A stretch of 64,000 nucleotides of DNA from Octopus sinensis. Its lineage: Eukaryota. The translations under genes and the position numbers were made by a program. Under the pieces are notes generated by a model. The model saw only the letters and a program-made list of their open reading frames with translations. It searched no databases and was not told the DNA's origin. Positions 48,564 through 60,639 of the stretch are shown piece after piece (positions within the stretch are counted from its first letter, which is position 1; each line of letters begins with the position of its first letter). The stretch spans positions 54,622,001 to 54,686,000 of the forward strand of contig NC_043012.1 of NCBI RefSeq assembly GCF_006345805.1, written 5' to 3'.

Positions 48564-51500
48564 GTAAAGACGTTGTTTTTTCATTTGTTTGGTTTTTTTT
48601 TTGTTCTTTTCTTTATATCAGTCATTTTTGATTCCCTGTCCAGCCATCACTGAGGATATCTCCTGCTAAATTCAGATCTTTAACCCTTTTGCATTCAGAT
48701 TATTCTGTCAAATGTAATGCTTGTTTATTCTCATTGTTTTGAATTAATCATGTTTTATAGGCGCAGGAGTGGCTGTGTGGTAAATAGCTTGCTTACCAAC
48801 CACATGGTCCCGAGTTCAGTCCCACTGTATGGCCCCCTTGGGCAGGTGTCTTCTACTATAGCGTTGGGCCGACCAAAGCCTTGTGAGTGGATTTGGTAGA
48901 TGGAAACTGAAAGAAGCCCGTGTGTGTGTTTGTGTGTCTGTGTTTGTCTCCACAACATCGCTTGACAACCGATGCTGGTGTGTTTACGTCCCCGTAACTT
49001 AGCGGATCGGCAAAAGAGACCGATAGAATAAGTACTAGGCTTACAAAGAATAAGTCCTGGGCTCAATTTGCTTGACTGAAGGTGGTGCTCCAGCATGGCC
49101 ACAGTCAAATGACTGAAACAAGTAAAAGAGTAAAAGAATATTATCATATCTTCGAGGTTTTGATGATGTTATTGTTTATTTTTAGAATGGCATTGTTGGG
49201 TAGGTGTGAGAGTTTTGGATATTGTTGGTTTGAACATAAAACGGCTAGAATATTTAGGCCAGACACGGCCGATTTAAATGCTGAAGTATTAAATTAGCAA
49301 AGACTGCATCACAAAAACTAAGCTTCTTGTTATAAGCCAATTAATATTTTACACTTCAACAAAGTAGGCACAGGAGTGGCTGTGTGGTAAGTAGCTTTCT
49401 TACCAACCACATGGTTCCGGGTTCAGTCCCACCGTGTGGCACCTTGGGCAAGTGTCTTGTACTATAGCCTCAAGCTGACCAAAGCCTTGTGAGTGGATTT
49501 GGTAGATGGAAACTGATAGAAGACAGTTGTATATATATGTGTGTGTCTGTGTTTTTCCCCCCCAACATCATTTGACTGTGTTAACGTCCCTGTAACTTAG
49601 CGGTTCAGCAAAAGAGACCGATAGAATAAGTACTAGGCTTACAAAGAATAAGTCCCGAGGTCGATTTGCTCGACTAAAGGCAATGCTCCAGCATGGCCAC
49701 AGTCAAATGACTGAAACAAGTAAAAGAGTAACTGCTGGTTCTCTGCAAAGCTCATGTGGGACCCACAGTGGAGTATTGCTCCATGGAATAGCTGCTACAC
49801 TCAGACATTTTACAGTGCATCAAGGCTACCCAAATGAATGGCATGAAGATGGTTATTAACAAACTCTAACTTCTGGCTCATAGGTGTACTATAGATATAC
49901 TACGTAGTACATAGTACCTCAGAATATACCTGTAGATATTTAGCCAACTTTGTCATAGTTGTGTGGTGAGAAGCTTGCTTCCCAACCACATGGTTCTGGG
50001 TTCAGTCCTTGGGCAAGTGTTCTCTACTATAACCTCAGGCTGACCTAGGCCTTGTGGGTGGATTTGGTTGACGGAAACTGAAAGAAACCTGTTGGATATA
50101 CATGTATATATATATTTATATCATCATCATTTAACGTCCATTTTCCATGCTGGTATGGGTTGGACTATATGTATACATATGTGTGTGTGTGTGTTTTTGT
50201 CTCTGTTTGTCTCCTGCCGCTACAACTGCTTGATGACCAGTACTGGTGTGTTTACATCCTTGTAACTTAGCAGTTCAGCAAAAGAGACCAATAGAATAAG
50301 TACCAGGCTTAAAAAAAACAAGTGCTGGTGTCAATACATTCAGCTTAAAAGTTCTTTAAGCCTATGCCCCAGCATGGCCACAGTCTAATGACTGAGACAA
50401 GTGAAAGATAAAACAAAAAAGCTTACAGAAGCCACAAGTCATTATTAAAATGGCTTTTTGTTGAATTCTTTAACAGGAATTATTATTGTAAATCATCTAA
50501 ATATTCCTTAATTCAGATAAATGTTCATTGTATCAGAATTTTTTAATGGTAGCTCCAATTTACTAGTTGCCCAAGAAAACCCAAACCCTCAGTCCCCACC
50601 TTCGCAAAATATAGAAAAAAAAAATTGTAAAAAAAAAAAGGGTAAAAGCTTAAATAAAAACCAGGGATTTCAGATTTCACGCCCCCCTTCATAAGTGCTG
50701 GAGTCAATACATTCAACTTAAAAGTTCTTTAAGGCTATGCCCCAGCATGGCCACAATCTAATGACTGAAACAAGTAAAAGATATGTAATCACTTTGTATT
50801 CACAATATCCTCATGGACCCTAAAAGAGAGAGAGAGAGAGAGACCTGTTTCCAGCCTGCAGTGAGATTTTTCAACAGTAACTGTATAACACCTCTAATTG
50901 TCCATGAACATTCTGCTTATAAACTCAGCATTCTTGCCAACTAGACTGATTAATAAAGTATTGATGCATTAGCAATAATTTTTTTTTTCTCAATTCACTA
51001 CAATTTAATTCAATTCATAATCTAATTCAGTTCGCTACAAATCCATTTGATTCATCACCATTTAATTAATTCAGTTTAGTTTAATTCAGTTCAATTCACT
51101 GCAATTTACTTCAATTCATTACAATATAATTTTGGTTCCCTGCAAGTTAATTTCGTACAGTTTAATTTAATTTAATTCACTTCAGTTCAGTTCATCATCA
51201 TCAACATCAGCACCACCACCACCATCATCATCATCATCCTTTCATGTTCATTTTCCAAGCTGGCTCAGGTTGGACAGTTCAACAGGAGAAGGCAGGTTAG
51301 AGGACTGCACCATGTTGTAATATTTGCTTTGTTCAATTCACAATAATTTAATTCAATTCATTTCAGTGTAATTCGATTCACTTCATCATCATCATCAACA
51401 TCACCATTACCACCACCACGACCATCATCATCATCCTCATTTAATGTCCATTCTCCAAGCTGGCACAGGTTGAATGGTTCAACAGGAGAAGGCAGGTTAG

Positions 51501-52337
51501 AGGACTGTACCAAGCTGTTATTTTTGTTTTATTCAATTCACTGCAGTTTATCACTACCTATTTCTACAAGTACATTAAAAATAGTGCATGAGTGGCTAAG
51601 TCGAAATAATAATTTTGATAGATTTTAAAAATCATCACCATTATCATCATGATTTCAAAATAACAATCTTGTAAAAAAAAATTTTGAAAAAACCAACAAG
51701 GAAGTTTATGCTTACAAGTCTCAGGTATGGGTGCATGGTAAGAAGTTTGCTTCCCAACCACATGGTCCTGGGTTCAGTCCCACTGCGTGGCACCTTGGGC
51801 AAGCGTCTTCTACTATAGCCTTGGGCTGACCAGAGCCTTGTAAGTGGATTTGGTAGACAGAACCTGAAAGAAGTTCATCGTATATTTGTATGTATGTATG
51901 TATGTAGGTATGCATGTATGAATATATTTGTGTGTGTGCTTTCTGTTTGTATTTGTCCTCCACCAACACTTGATAGTCGGTGTTAGTGTGTTTACATCCC
52001 TATAATTTTGTGGGTCAGCAAAGGAGAACAATAGGATAAATACTAGGCTTAAAATTAGTACTGGGGTCGATTCAATTGATTAAAATTCGGCAAGTGGTGC
52101 TCCAGCATGGTCATAGTCTAGTGACTGAAACAAGTAAAAGATAAAAGATAAGTTAATGAGAAAGCTTTTATGAAGTCACTTAACCTGCTAGAAATAGCAA
52201 ACAAATCTTCCTGCTTCTTCCCACTTGACAAAAATTATGAAATACCTAAACATGTAAACAAGAAAATGATGGCTGCCTTTTGAACCACTGGAGTTTGGAA
52301 ATTAAATTTACAATTACATTTCTGACATTTATTGCAG

Positions 52338-52465
52338 AGTACCAGTCTCTATAATTATGGAATGAAGCCTTTGATGTACAGTGAAAAGTCAGCTGCTAAT
52401 CTTATTCGTCCAATTGGCTGGCAAAGGATTGGATACAATATCAAATACTATAAAAGCCATCTCAA
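52338..52465 (+). CDS. AGBL2: CCP exon (STSLYNYGMKPLMYSEKSAANLIRPIGWQRIGYNIKYYKSHL)
   Basis: ttattgcag|AGT...CTCAA|gtaagt. 128 nt, phase 0 to 2. SLY..GMKPL.YS and GW.R.G motifs. Confidence 0.96.
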
Positions 52466-53448
52466 GTAAGTTTGGTTGAAAATTTCATTCTAATTCCTTA
52501 TCATTTGTCTTATAATTTTATGCTCACTCATATGTATGTATACATGCATGTATATATAACTTGTCATCATCATCATCCTTTAACACCCATTTTCGAAGCT
52601 GTTCTTGGGTTGAACGGTTTGACCAGAACAGGCAAGCAGAAAAGCTGCACCAGTTTCCAGTTTGATTTGGCTTAATTTCTACAGCTGGATGCCCTTCCTA
52701 ACGCCAACATGTGCTGGGTGCTTTTAACGTGGCCATCTCCTCCATCATCTATGTCGTCAGGGTGGAAAGATCAGCAACTCAATCCTTCCACCCTGACAAC
52801 AGAAGCCAGTTTTATGGTAATGTTTATATGCATCCACTACTGGCTGCATGCATTTAACTTTTGGCCCATTCCATCGGCCAATTACAAGCATTACAACTTT
52901 TACATAATTCCAAACCCCCAGAAACAGCTGTCGCACTTGAAATATCATGCCTTCTCCCCGTAGTTTTTGTATTTTTTGTATCCCTTGTGAATTTGCTCAG
53001 TGAATATATAAATATCTCTATGCTTATATACAAGTGCTCACATGATGAATATTTTCAGTTTTTGCTTCTCTCTTTGTGCATATATCCCTATATATATTTA
53101 GATGTGTATATGTACGTGTGTTTGTATATTTTACATATCAAGCTTCAAGCGTGTTTATCTACATCATATGTCTCTCTCTCTCTCTCTCTGTATATATATA
53201 TATACACATACAAAATATTCTATAATTATATACATACATACAAAATATTCTATAATTATATACATAATTATAATCAGGGGTCAGCTAATTGCTTCGCCAT
53301 GAACTGAAATTAGAAATAGGTGCTAATGTCATTTCAACTACCATAAGTATCTCCAAGACAATAATACACATTTTTATGTAGGCAAAAAGACAATAACACA
53401 CTTATATAACATACATATATATAATATATAACACACTTATATAACACA

Positions 53449-53515
<67 letters not shown>

Positions 53516-54590
53516 AAAGACTGTAAAATTTTTTATTCTCCATTACATATGTTCCATTAACTAATTGGAATTACAGAGCTATACATATAGGAAACATGTA
53601 AGACATCTCCTATTAATAATCCCTCAGACAGAGAATGAAAATAATATATTTTCTAATCTAAAATATTTTCTCTCTGTAACTCCTATTAGGCAAGGAAACA
53701 TGTAATGGAGAGTAAAAAAATACTAAGTTTTTCCAGTATTCTCTTTTGATATGTAATTACTCTGCAAATACATATACCCTTAATGTGGTTCTTAGGGAGA
53801 TTCAGCTTCACTCAGAATAGAACAAGGCTGGCCCTTTGAATTATAAATACTGCTCATTTTTGCCAGCTGCATGAAATAAAGTGTCTTGCTCAAAGAGATT
53901 GCACCACTGGATATTGAACCCATGACCTCACGATCGTTAGTCTAATCCCTAAGGGTGTACATATATATATGTGCAAAGGCCTATCAAGCCAAATGAAATC
54001 ATAATTGTGGCTATTGTCAGTGTCACATAACTGGCATCCATGTCAGTGGCACATAAAAGGCACCTTTCAAGTGTTGGGCCTCACGGAGGCAATGTGGCAG
54101 ATGCTGGTGTCGTGGAACTAGCAATTGTACCAGTGGCATGTAAAAAGCACCTGTCGCAGAACTAATAACCATGCTGGTGGCACATAAAAAGCACCTTTTG
54201 AGTGCTGGGCCTCATGGAGGCAAAGACAAATGACTGAAACCTTTGGCAATATGCTGTGCTTGAGAAGAAAACCCATCATGCCAAGTGAAATCATAGTCAT
54301 GGCAGATACTGGTGTCACACAAGTTGCACCTGTGCCAGTGACACGAAAAAGGGCCCTTTTCACTCTCAGAGTGGTTGGCATTAGGAAGGGCATCCAGCCA
54401 TAGAAACCATGCAAAATCAGACTGGAATCTGGTGCAGCCCCTCAGCTTACCAGCCCTGGTCAAACCATCCAACCCATACCAGCATGGACTACTAATGATA
54501 ATGATGATGTGTGTGTGTGTGTGTGTGTGTGTCCGTGCGTTTTCTGTGATGATTTGAGAAATGATAATGAGTGACAATTCTGTAAATAAT

Positions 54591-54776
54591 AATATTTTAT
54601 AAGCTTAAAGCTTATAAGCAATCACTGTGTATTGACCAAAAACAATAGTCTAATACTGGAGCACGTGTACTGAAAACCCACTATTTTCCATCGAAGGCTT
54701 ATATGCTCCAATATTAGACTATTTTCTTTAGTCAATACATGGAGATCGCTTATATGCTTTAAGCTTATAAAATATT
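54591..54776. repeat. Fold-back element
   Basis: Inverted arms 54591-54663 / 54704-54776 (aatattttataagcttaaagc.../...gctttaagcttataaaatatt). Confidence 0.8.
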
Positions 54777-54815
54777 AATATTCAAAGAATGAATATATAT
54801 ATATATATATATATA

Positions 54816-55099
54816 TTGGTAAAAACGGTAAGATAACAAAAGAAAGAAAGAGACCTCAATATTATGTAAATAGAGGAAATTTATCTGTAAAATAATATGT
54901 AACAATTATTCGGTAGCCAAGATAAAACTCTGAGTTTCGGATGCCGAGGTGGAAATCCACACCACCATCTTCTTCGGTTATCTGGTAATATGCTGGCCAG
55001 ATAACCGAAGAGATGGTGTTGTGGATTTCCACCTCGGTATCCGAAACTCAGAGTTTTATTTTGGCTACTGAATAATTGTCACATATTATTTTACTGATA
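54816..55099. mobile_element. Penelope-like fold-back element with two variant hammerhead-like motifs
   Basis: Inverted arms 54882-54985 / 54997-55099 with an 11-nt loop, flanked by (TA)n. Each arm reads GATAA-CCGAAGA..GATG..(C/T)ATC-C-GAAA-CTC a GAG-TT-TTAT(C/T). Confidence 0.7.
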
Positions 55100-55243
55100 T
55101 ATATATATATATCTGCTTCTAATTTTCAAAGGTAAATTTTCCTTTATTCTTCATATTCTATACTTAACATATATATCTGCTTCATTTAAAGAATTGATTA
55201 TAAATCTTTAATAGAATTAATTTTTCTGCTTTCCCATTGACAG

Positions 55244-55364
55244 TGCTGACGATTCATCGCAAAGAAAATCATCTTATAGTTTGACGTGGACTTTCAAGTT
55301 TCCATACAGTTACGACACTGTCTATTTTGCCCACAGCTACCCATACACATATTCAGACCTGCAG
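55244..55364 (+). CDS. AGBL2: CCP exon (N-ADDSSQRKSSYSLTWTFKFPYSYDTVYFAHSYPYTYSDLQ); gene continues beyond the window
   Basis: cccattgacag|T...CAG|gtgtta. 121 nt, phase 2 to 0. YFAH.YPYTYSDLQ signature. Confidence 0.97.
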
Positions 55365-56503
55365 GTGTTACTACTGTAGCTACAGTATTGAGTATTCTTT
55401 ATAGTATATAATATTATGCTATGTTATATTATATTGTATTATATTATAGTATATTACTTTATATTATACTATATTAGTTTATATTATACTATATTATATT
55501 ATATTATATCATCATCATCATCATGTAACATCTGACTTCCATGCAGGTATAGGTTGAACAGTTTGATAGGAGCTGGCCAGGTAGAAGACTACCCCAGGCT
55601 GTTATGTCTGTTTTGACAGGGTTTTTATGGCTGGATGCCCTTTCTAACACCAACCACTCTGCAGAGTGGACTGGATGCTTTTTACATGGCACCAGCACTG
55701 GCAGGGTCACCAGATAACTTGCAAGACAAGGGATTTTGAGAGGGGAGGGAGCATTTGAGGAGCTGAGCTTATGTCAGATGATGAATGGTTAAAGTGAGAC
55801 AGAGAAACAGAGAGGTAGAAACAGGTGTCTTGCTATAGAGGAGGTACATGGTTATGTATTATAGTATAGTGTGTCATCATCATCATCATCATTGTCATGT
55901 AACATTCCTTTTTCCATGCTGGCATGGGTTGGACTGTTTAACAGGATCAAATGAGCTAGAAGGTTGTGCTGATCTCCAGTCCATGCTTCGGCTTAGTTTC
56001 TGCAGCTGGATACCTTTCCTAATGCCAGCCACTTCACAGAATGTACTGGGTGCTTTTTTTTTTTCATGCCACCAGCACTAATGAGGTCACCAGGTACTCA
56101 CAAGACGAGAGCCCTTCAACTGAATCAGGAATAGTACTGGAGAATGTGAAAATATGATAGAGGGACAGGAAGAAGTGTTTTGTTGAAGAGGTGAATACTT
56201 GGCTTTCACAGCTGGAAAGAGAGAAAGAAGATGCATGAGGGGTTATTCTCAAAATACAAGGTTAATATAAAAGAGGAAGATTAGAGATAGAGGAACAGAA
56301 AAGTTGGGTGAGTCAGAAAATATGCTAGAGTGTGTCAGAGGATCAGAGACAGAGATTGCGCTGGAGTTTGCTGGAGGGGAACATGAAGGAAATAAGAGTT
56401 GTTTATGGTGGAGGAAGAGGTGATAAGGGACAGTAGTAGGGATGTAATGTGCAGCGTAAAAGGATGAATGGCGTCATTTACAGTACTTGAATAAGTAGTA
56501 CCA

Positions 56504-56932
56504 CTAGATACAGAATGTTCAACCAAAATTGAGCATGTATAAAGTTCTACAAATTATATTTGGGTGTATTTTTTCAAATGCCTTCACTTTAGTGTGCTGA
56601 GGCCGGAAATTATTCTGCAGTTAATAAATTTCAGCAGACAAGTTACCGGTTAGAGAACATTTTTTAAAATTTAAAATTAAATAATAAGGGTAGAAATTGA
56701 TGTTAATCAATTAAAACCAGTGGCTTAGCTTATTTATAAATCCGAAGATTAAAAATTGTGTTACATACAAAATTAAGAGGAATGACCACTAAAGTGGACA
56801 CCCTATATGCTAAACATAGATGTCAAATTTCCGGTCTCAGCGTGCCAAATGAAGGCATTTGAGAAAATACACCCAAATATAATTTGTAGAACTTTATACA
56901 TGTTTGATTTTGGTTGAGCGTTCTGTATCTAG
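56504..56932. repeat. Long inverted repeat
   Basis: Arms of about 107 bp at 56504-56611 / 56826-56932. Confidence 0.85.
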
Positions 56933-57474
56933 TTCTGGAAATTGTGTTTTGCAAGCGACAGACTATGCTGATGATCTTGCAGATATCTGCATTTATATAC
57001 GTAGATATTAACAAGTGAAACCAATGGTATGTAGGTAATTGTTTTTATTTCGTATATTTAATCTTAAAGCTTGCCCCTAATTTTATTTTATCGATCAGTC
57101 TCACGCCTCGTAGATATAGAATAAATGTATTTATAATTTATAGCTCTTTATCGTTCACGCTTCTCCCATAGATTAGGCAAAATTTAGGTATTTATAGCTA
57201 CTAATAACTATTTCTCTCCTAAGAAAGGAATGGCTGCCGGCCGGTTTTCGCGGTGCACCCGCCCTCCCACCCCCTCCACCGGTACAGGAAGTCCTAAATT
57301 TTCTCATCCTTGTCTCCCTTATACACTTCAAAGTCTTACGCCACCCCCACCTCCTTCCATAAAAGGTAGTGGTCAGTCATTGCAAGATATGTTTAGTGTT
57401 GTGTACGAGGTTTGAACTTAAGTTCTATTGTTTGTCTATGAATACTGCCAAACGCGAGTTTTCTTTTCAGGTCC

Positions 57475-60400
57475 ATGACGCTATTAGGGCCAATACCACT
57501 TCCCCCCCCCCACAGCCTCAGGGTTGGCACCCTCAACGTTGGCACACTGAAAGGCAGATCTGGCGAGATAGTTGAATTGCTTGAACGGAGGTGGGTTGAT
57601 ATATGCTGCATTCAAGAAGTGAGGTGGAGAGGAGGTTCTGCTAGGTTCCTCACAGGCAAAGGACAGAGGTACAAGATTTTCTGGGCTGGGAATACTGACG
57701 GAGTCGGGGGTGTGGGCATGCTTATCGCCGAAAAATGGGTAGATAAGGTAATCGAGGTAGTCAGAGTAAGTGACAGAATAATTAAGATTAGATTAGTGCT
57801 CCATCATAGTTTAGCAACTATTATATTGGCCTATGCCCTCAGCCAGGGCTACCTGATGGACAGAAAGACTGTTTCTATGACACCCTACTGCAGACCACAT
57901 CATTGACGAACGACAGGGACCTTCTCTTTGTGGCTGGTGACTTCAATGGGCATGTTGGACGATGTGCTGGGGGCTTCCATGGCGTGCATGGAGGCTACGG
58001 TTATGGTTCCCGCAACGAGGAGGGAACCAGGCTGCTGGAGTTCTGCGATGCGAATAGTCTTATGATTTGCAACACTAACTTCAGGAAACCGACAAGCCAC
58101 CTGGTCACCTACCGATCGGGCCGGCATACTAGCCAAATCGACTACATCCTTGCCAGAAAAAGGGAAAGATGGCTGCTTATAAATGCCAAAACCTTCCCAG
58201 GTGAAGAATGCACCCCACAACATAGACTGGTAGTTAGTGACTTTAGGATCAGGACTAAGAGGGCGACTAGAAGACGACCAACATGGAGAAGAAGGGTCTG
58301 GAAGCTTAAAGACCCTGCGAATGGACAGAGATTTAGAGATATGTTATTTGAAGCCTTAGACGAAATGGAAGGGAGTATAGCTACGCATGGGGTAGAAGAC
58401 AACTGGACGCTTCTGAGGGACAACCTGCTGAAAGCCGCTGACCAGATCTGTGGCTGGTGCAAAGTCCCCTTAAGACCCAAAATAACGTGGTGGTGGAACA
58501 ATATTGTTGACAGGGCTATTAGACAAAAGAAACAGGCTTGGAAGGCCTGGAAGAACGGTGGTAGCAGGGAAGTGTATCAGTCTGCCAGAAGGGAAGCCAG
58601 GAGACAGGTCTATCTAGCCAGAGGGGAGGCAGATAAGGAAAAATTTGCCAATGTCCTGCGTCGTGAGGATGAAAGACTTGAGGTATTTCGTGTTGCAAGA
58701 CAGTGTGTGAGAGAGAATCGTGACGTGGTAGGAGAGAAATGTGTTCGCAAGGATGACGGTTCACTTGCGCTTAATGAGGATGCAAAGAGAGAGGCTTGGA
58801 GACGCCACTATGATAGGTTGCTGAATGAAGAAAATGAATGGGATAAAGAGAGTCTGCCGAATGTCGACCCAACAGAGGGACCAGCAATCCGAGTTAACAG
58901 TTCCTTAGTAGATAAGGCAATTAGAAGCATGAAAACAGGGAAAGCCCCAGGCCCATCAGGAATTACTGCAGAGATGCTCAAAATATCTGGTGGTGTCGGC
59001 TATAGCTTAGTCACCCGTATAGTTAACCAGGTGATACACGAGGGGGTCATACCCAATGACTGGTGTAGCAGCATAATAGTCAACTGCTACAAAGGTAAAG
59101 GCGACGCCCTAGAGACAAATAACTACAGGGGCATCAAGCTGCTGGATCAGGTAATGAAGGTTACGGAGAGGGTTATAGCCCAACTAATTAGAGAGAGAGT
59201 TAGCTTAGATGATATGCAGTTTGGGTTCGTGCCAGGGAAAAGTACTACTGATGCTATATTCCTGGTAAGACAGCTGCAGGAGAAATACCTAGCCAAAGAT
59301 AAGCCCTTGTACCTGGCTTTTGTTGACTTGGAGAAAGCCTTTGACAGGGTCCCCCGATCCCTTATCTGGTGGTCAATGAGGAAACTAGGGATAGATGAAT
59401 GGTTGGTGAGAGCTGTGCAAGCCATGTACAGAGACGCTGCTAGTAAGGTGAGGGTTGGCAACGAGTACAGTGAAGAATTCCGGGTAGAGGTTGGGGTCCA
59501 CCAAGGTTCAGTCCTCAGTCCCCTCCTATTTATCATAGTCCTCCAGGCAATAACGGAGGAATTCAAGACAGGTTGCCCCTGGGAGCTCCTCTATGCTGAT
59601 GACCTTGCTCTAATTGCTGAGTCACTATCAGAACTGGAGGAGAAGTTTCAGGTGTGGAAACAAGGATTAGAATCGAAGGGCCTTAGAATCAACCTAGCCA
59701 AAACCAAAGTCCTAATAAGTAGGAAGGTAGATCAATCACAAACGCCTTCAGGTAGATGGCCCTGCTCGATCTGTAAAAAAGGTGTAGGTAGAAACTCTAT
59801 AAGATGCACCAAGTGTAAGCTATGGACACATAAGAGGTGCAGCAATGTCAAAGGAAGGCTAACTAGGAAAATAGTTTTTGTCTGTGGCAAATGCTCAGGA
59901 GCAATAAACACTGGAAATGTGCAGAGACCAACTTCTGCCACGTTCCAGGGAGACAAACTAGAAGTAGTTGATAGCTTCCGCTACCTAGGAGACCAAGTCA
60001 GTAGCGGGGGTGGGTGTGCTGAAAGTGTAACTGCTAGAGTAAGAATAGCCTGGGCAAAGTTTAGAGAGCTCTTACCCCTGCTGGTGACAAAAGGCCTCTC
60101 GCTCAGAGTAAAAGGCAGACTGTATGATGCATGTGTACGTACAGCCATGCTACATGGTAGTGAAACATGGGCCGTGACTGCTGAGGATATGCGTAAGCTC
60201 GCAAGAAATGAAGCCAGTATGCTCCGATGGATGTGTAATGTCAGTGTTCATAATCGTCAGAGTGTAAGTTCCTTGAGAGAAAAGTTGAACCTAAGAAGCG
60301 TCAGTTGTGGTGTGCAAGAGAGACGGCTGCGCTGGTATGGTCATGTGACGAGAAAGGCTGAAGATAGTTGTGTGCAAAAGTGCTACACCCTAGCAGTTGA

Positions 60401-60540
60401 GGGAACCTGTGGAAGAGGTAGACCCAGGAAAACCTGGGACGAGGTGGTGAAGCACGACCTTCGAACTTTAGGTCTCACTAAGGAAATGTCTAGAGACTGA
60501 GACCTATGGAAGTATGCTGTGCGTGAGAAGACCCGGCAAG
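57475..60540 (+). pseudogene. RTE ORF (APE endonuclease, RT, Cys-rich insertion) with one frameshift and one late stop
   Basis: TLNVGTLKGR, QEVRWRG, GDFNGHVG, SQIDYIL, FVDLEKAFDRVPR, GVHQGSVLSP, LLYADD. A 1-nt deletion near 57838 splits ORFs 57475-57906 and 57903-60500. TGA at 60498-60500 replaces the Arg codon seen in the 514-1410 copy. Confidence 0.93.
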
Positions 60541-60639
60541 ACTAGTCAGGCCATAACCCGTGGCCCCTACCTGGGACGTAGTCAGTCCTCCTGTGCATAC
60601 CTTCCTTCTTGTGACACTTATGAAGACCTGTTGAGGCAA

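Noticed and set aside
57225-57290. HDV-like ribozyme at the RTE 5' end
   Set aside because: P3 (CCG/CGG) and a possible P2 (TGCCGG/CCGGTA) can be drawn, but no P1 pairing or typical J4/2 was found.
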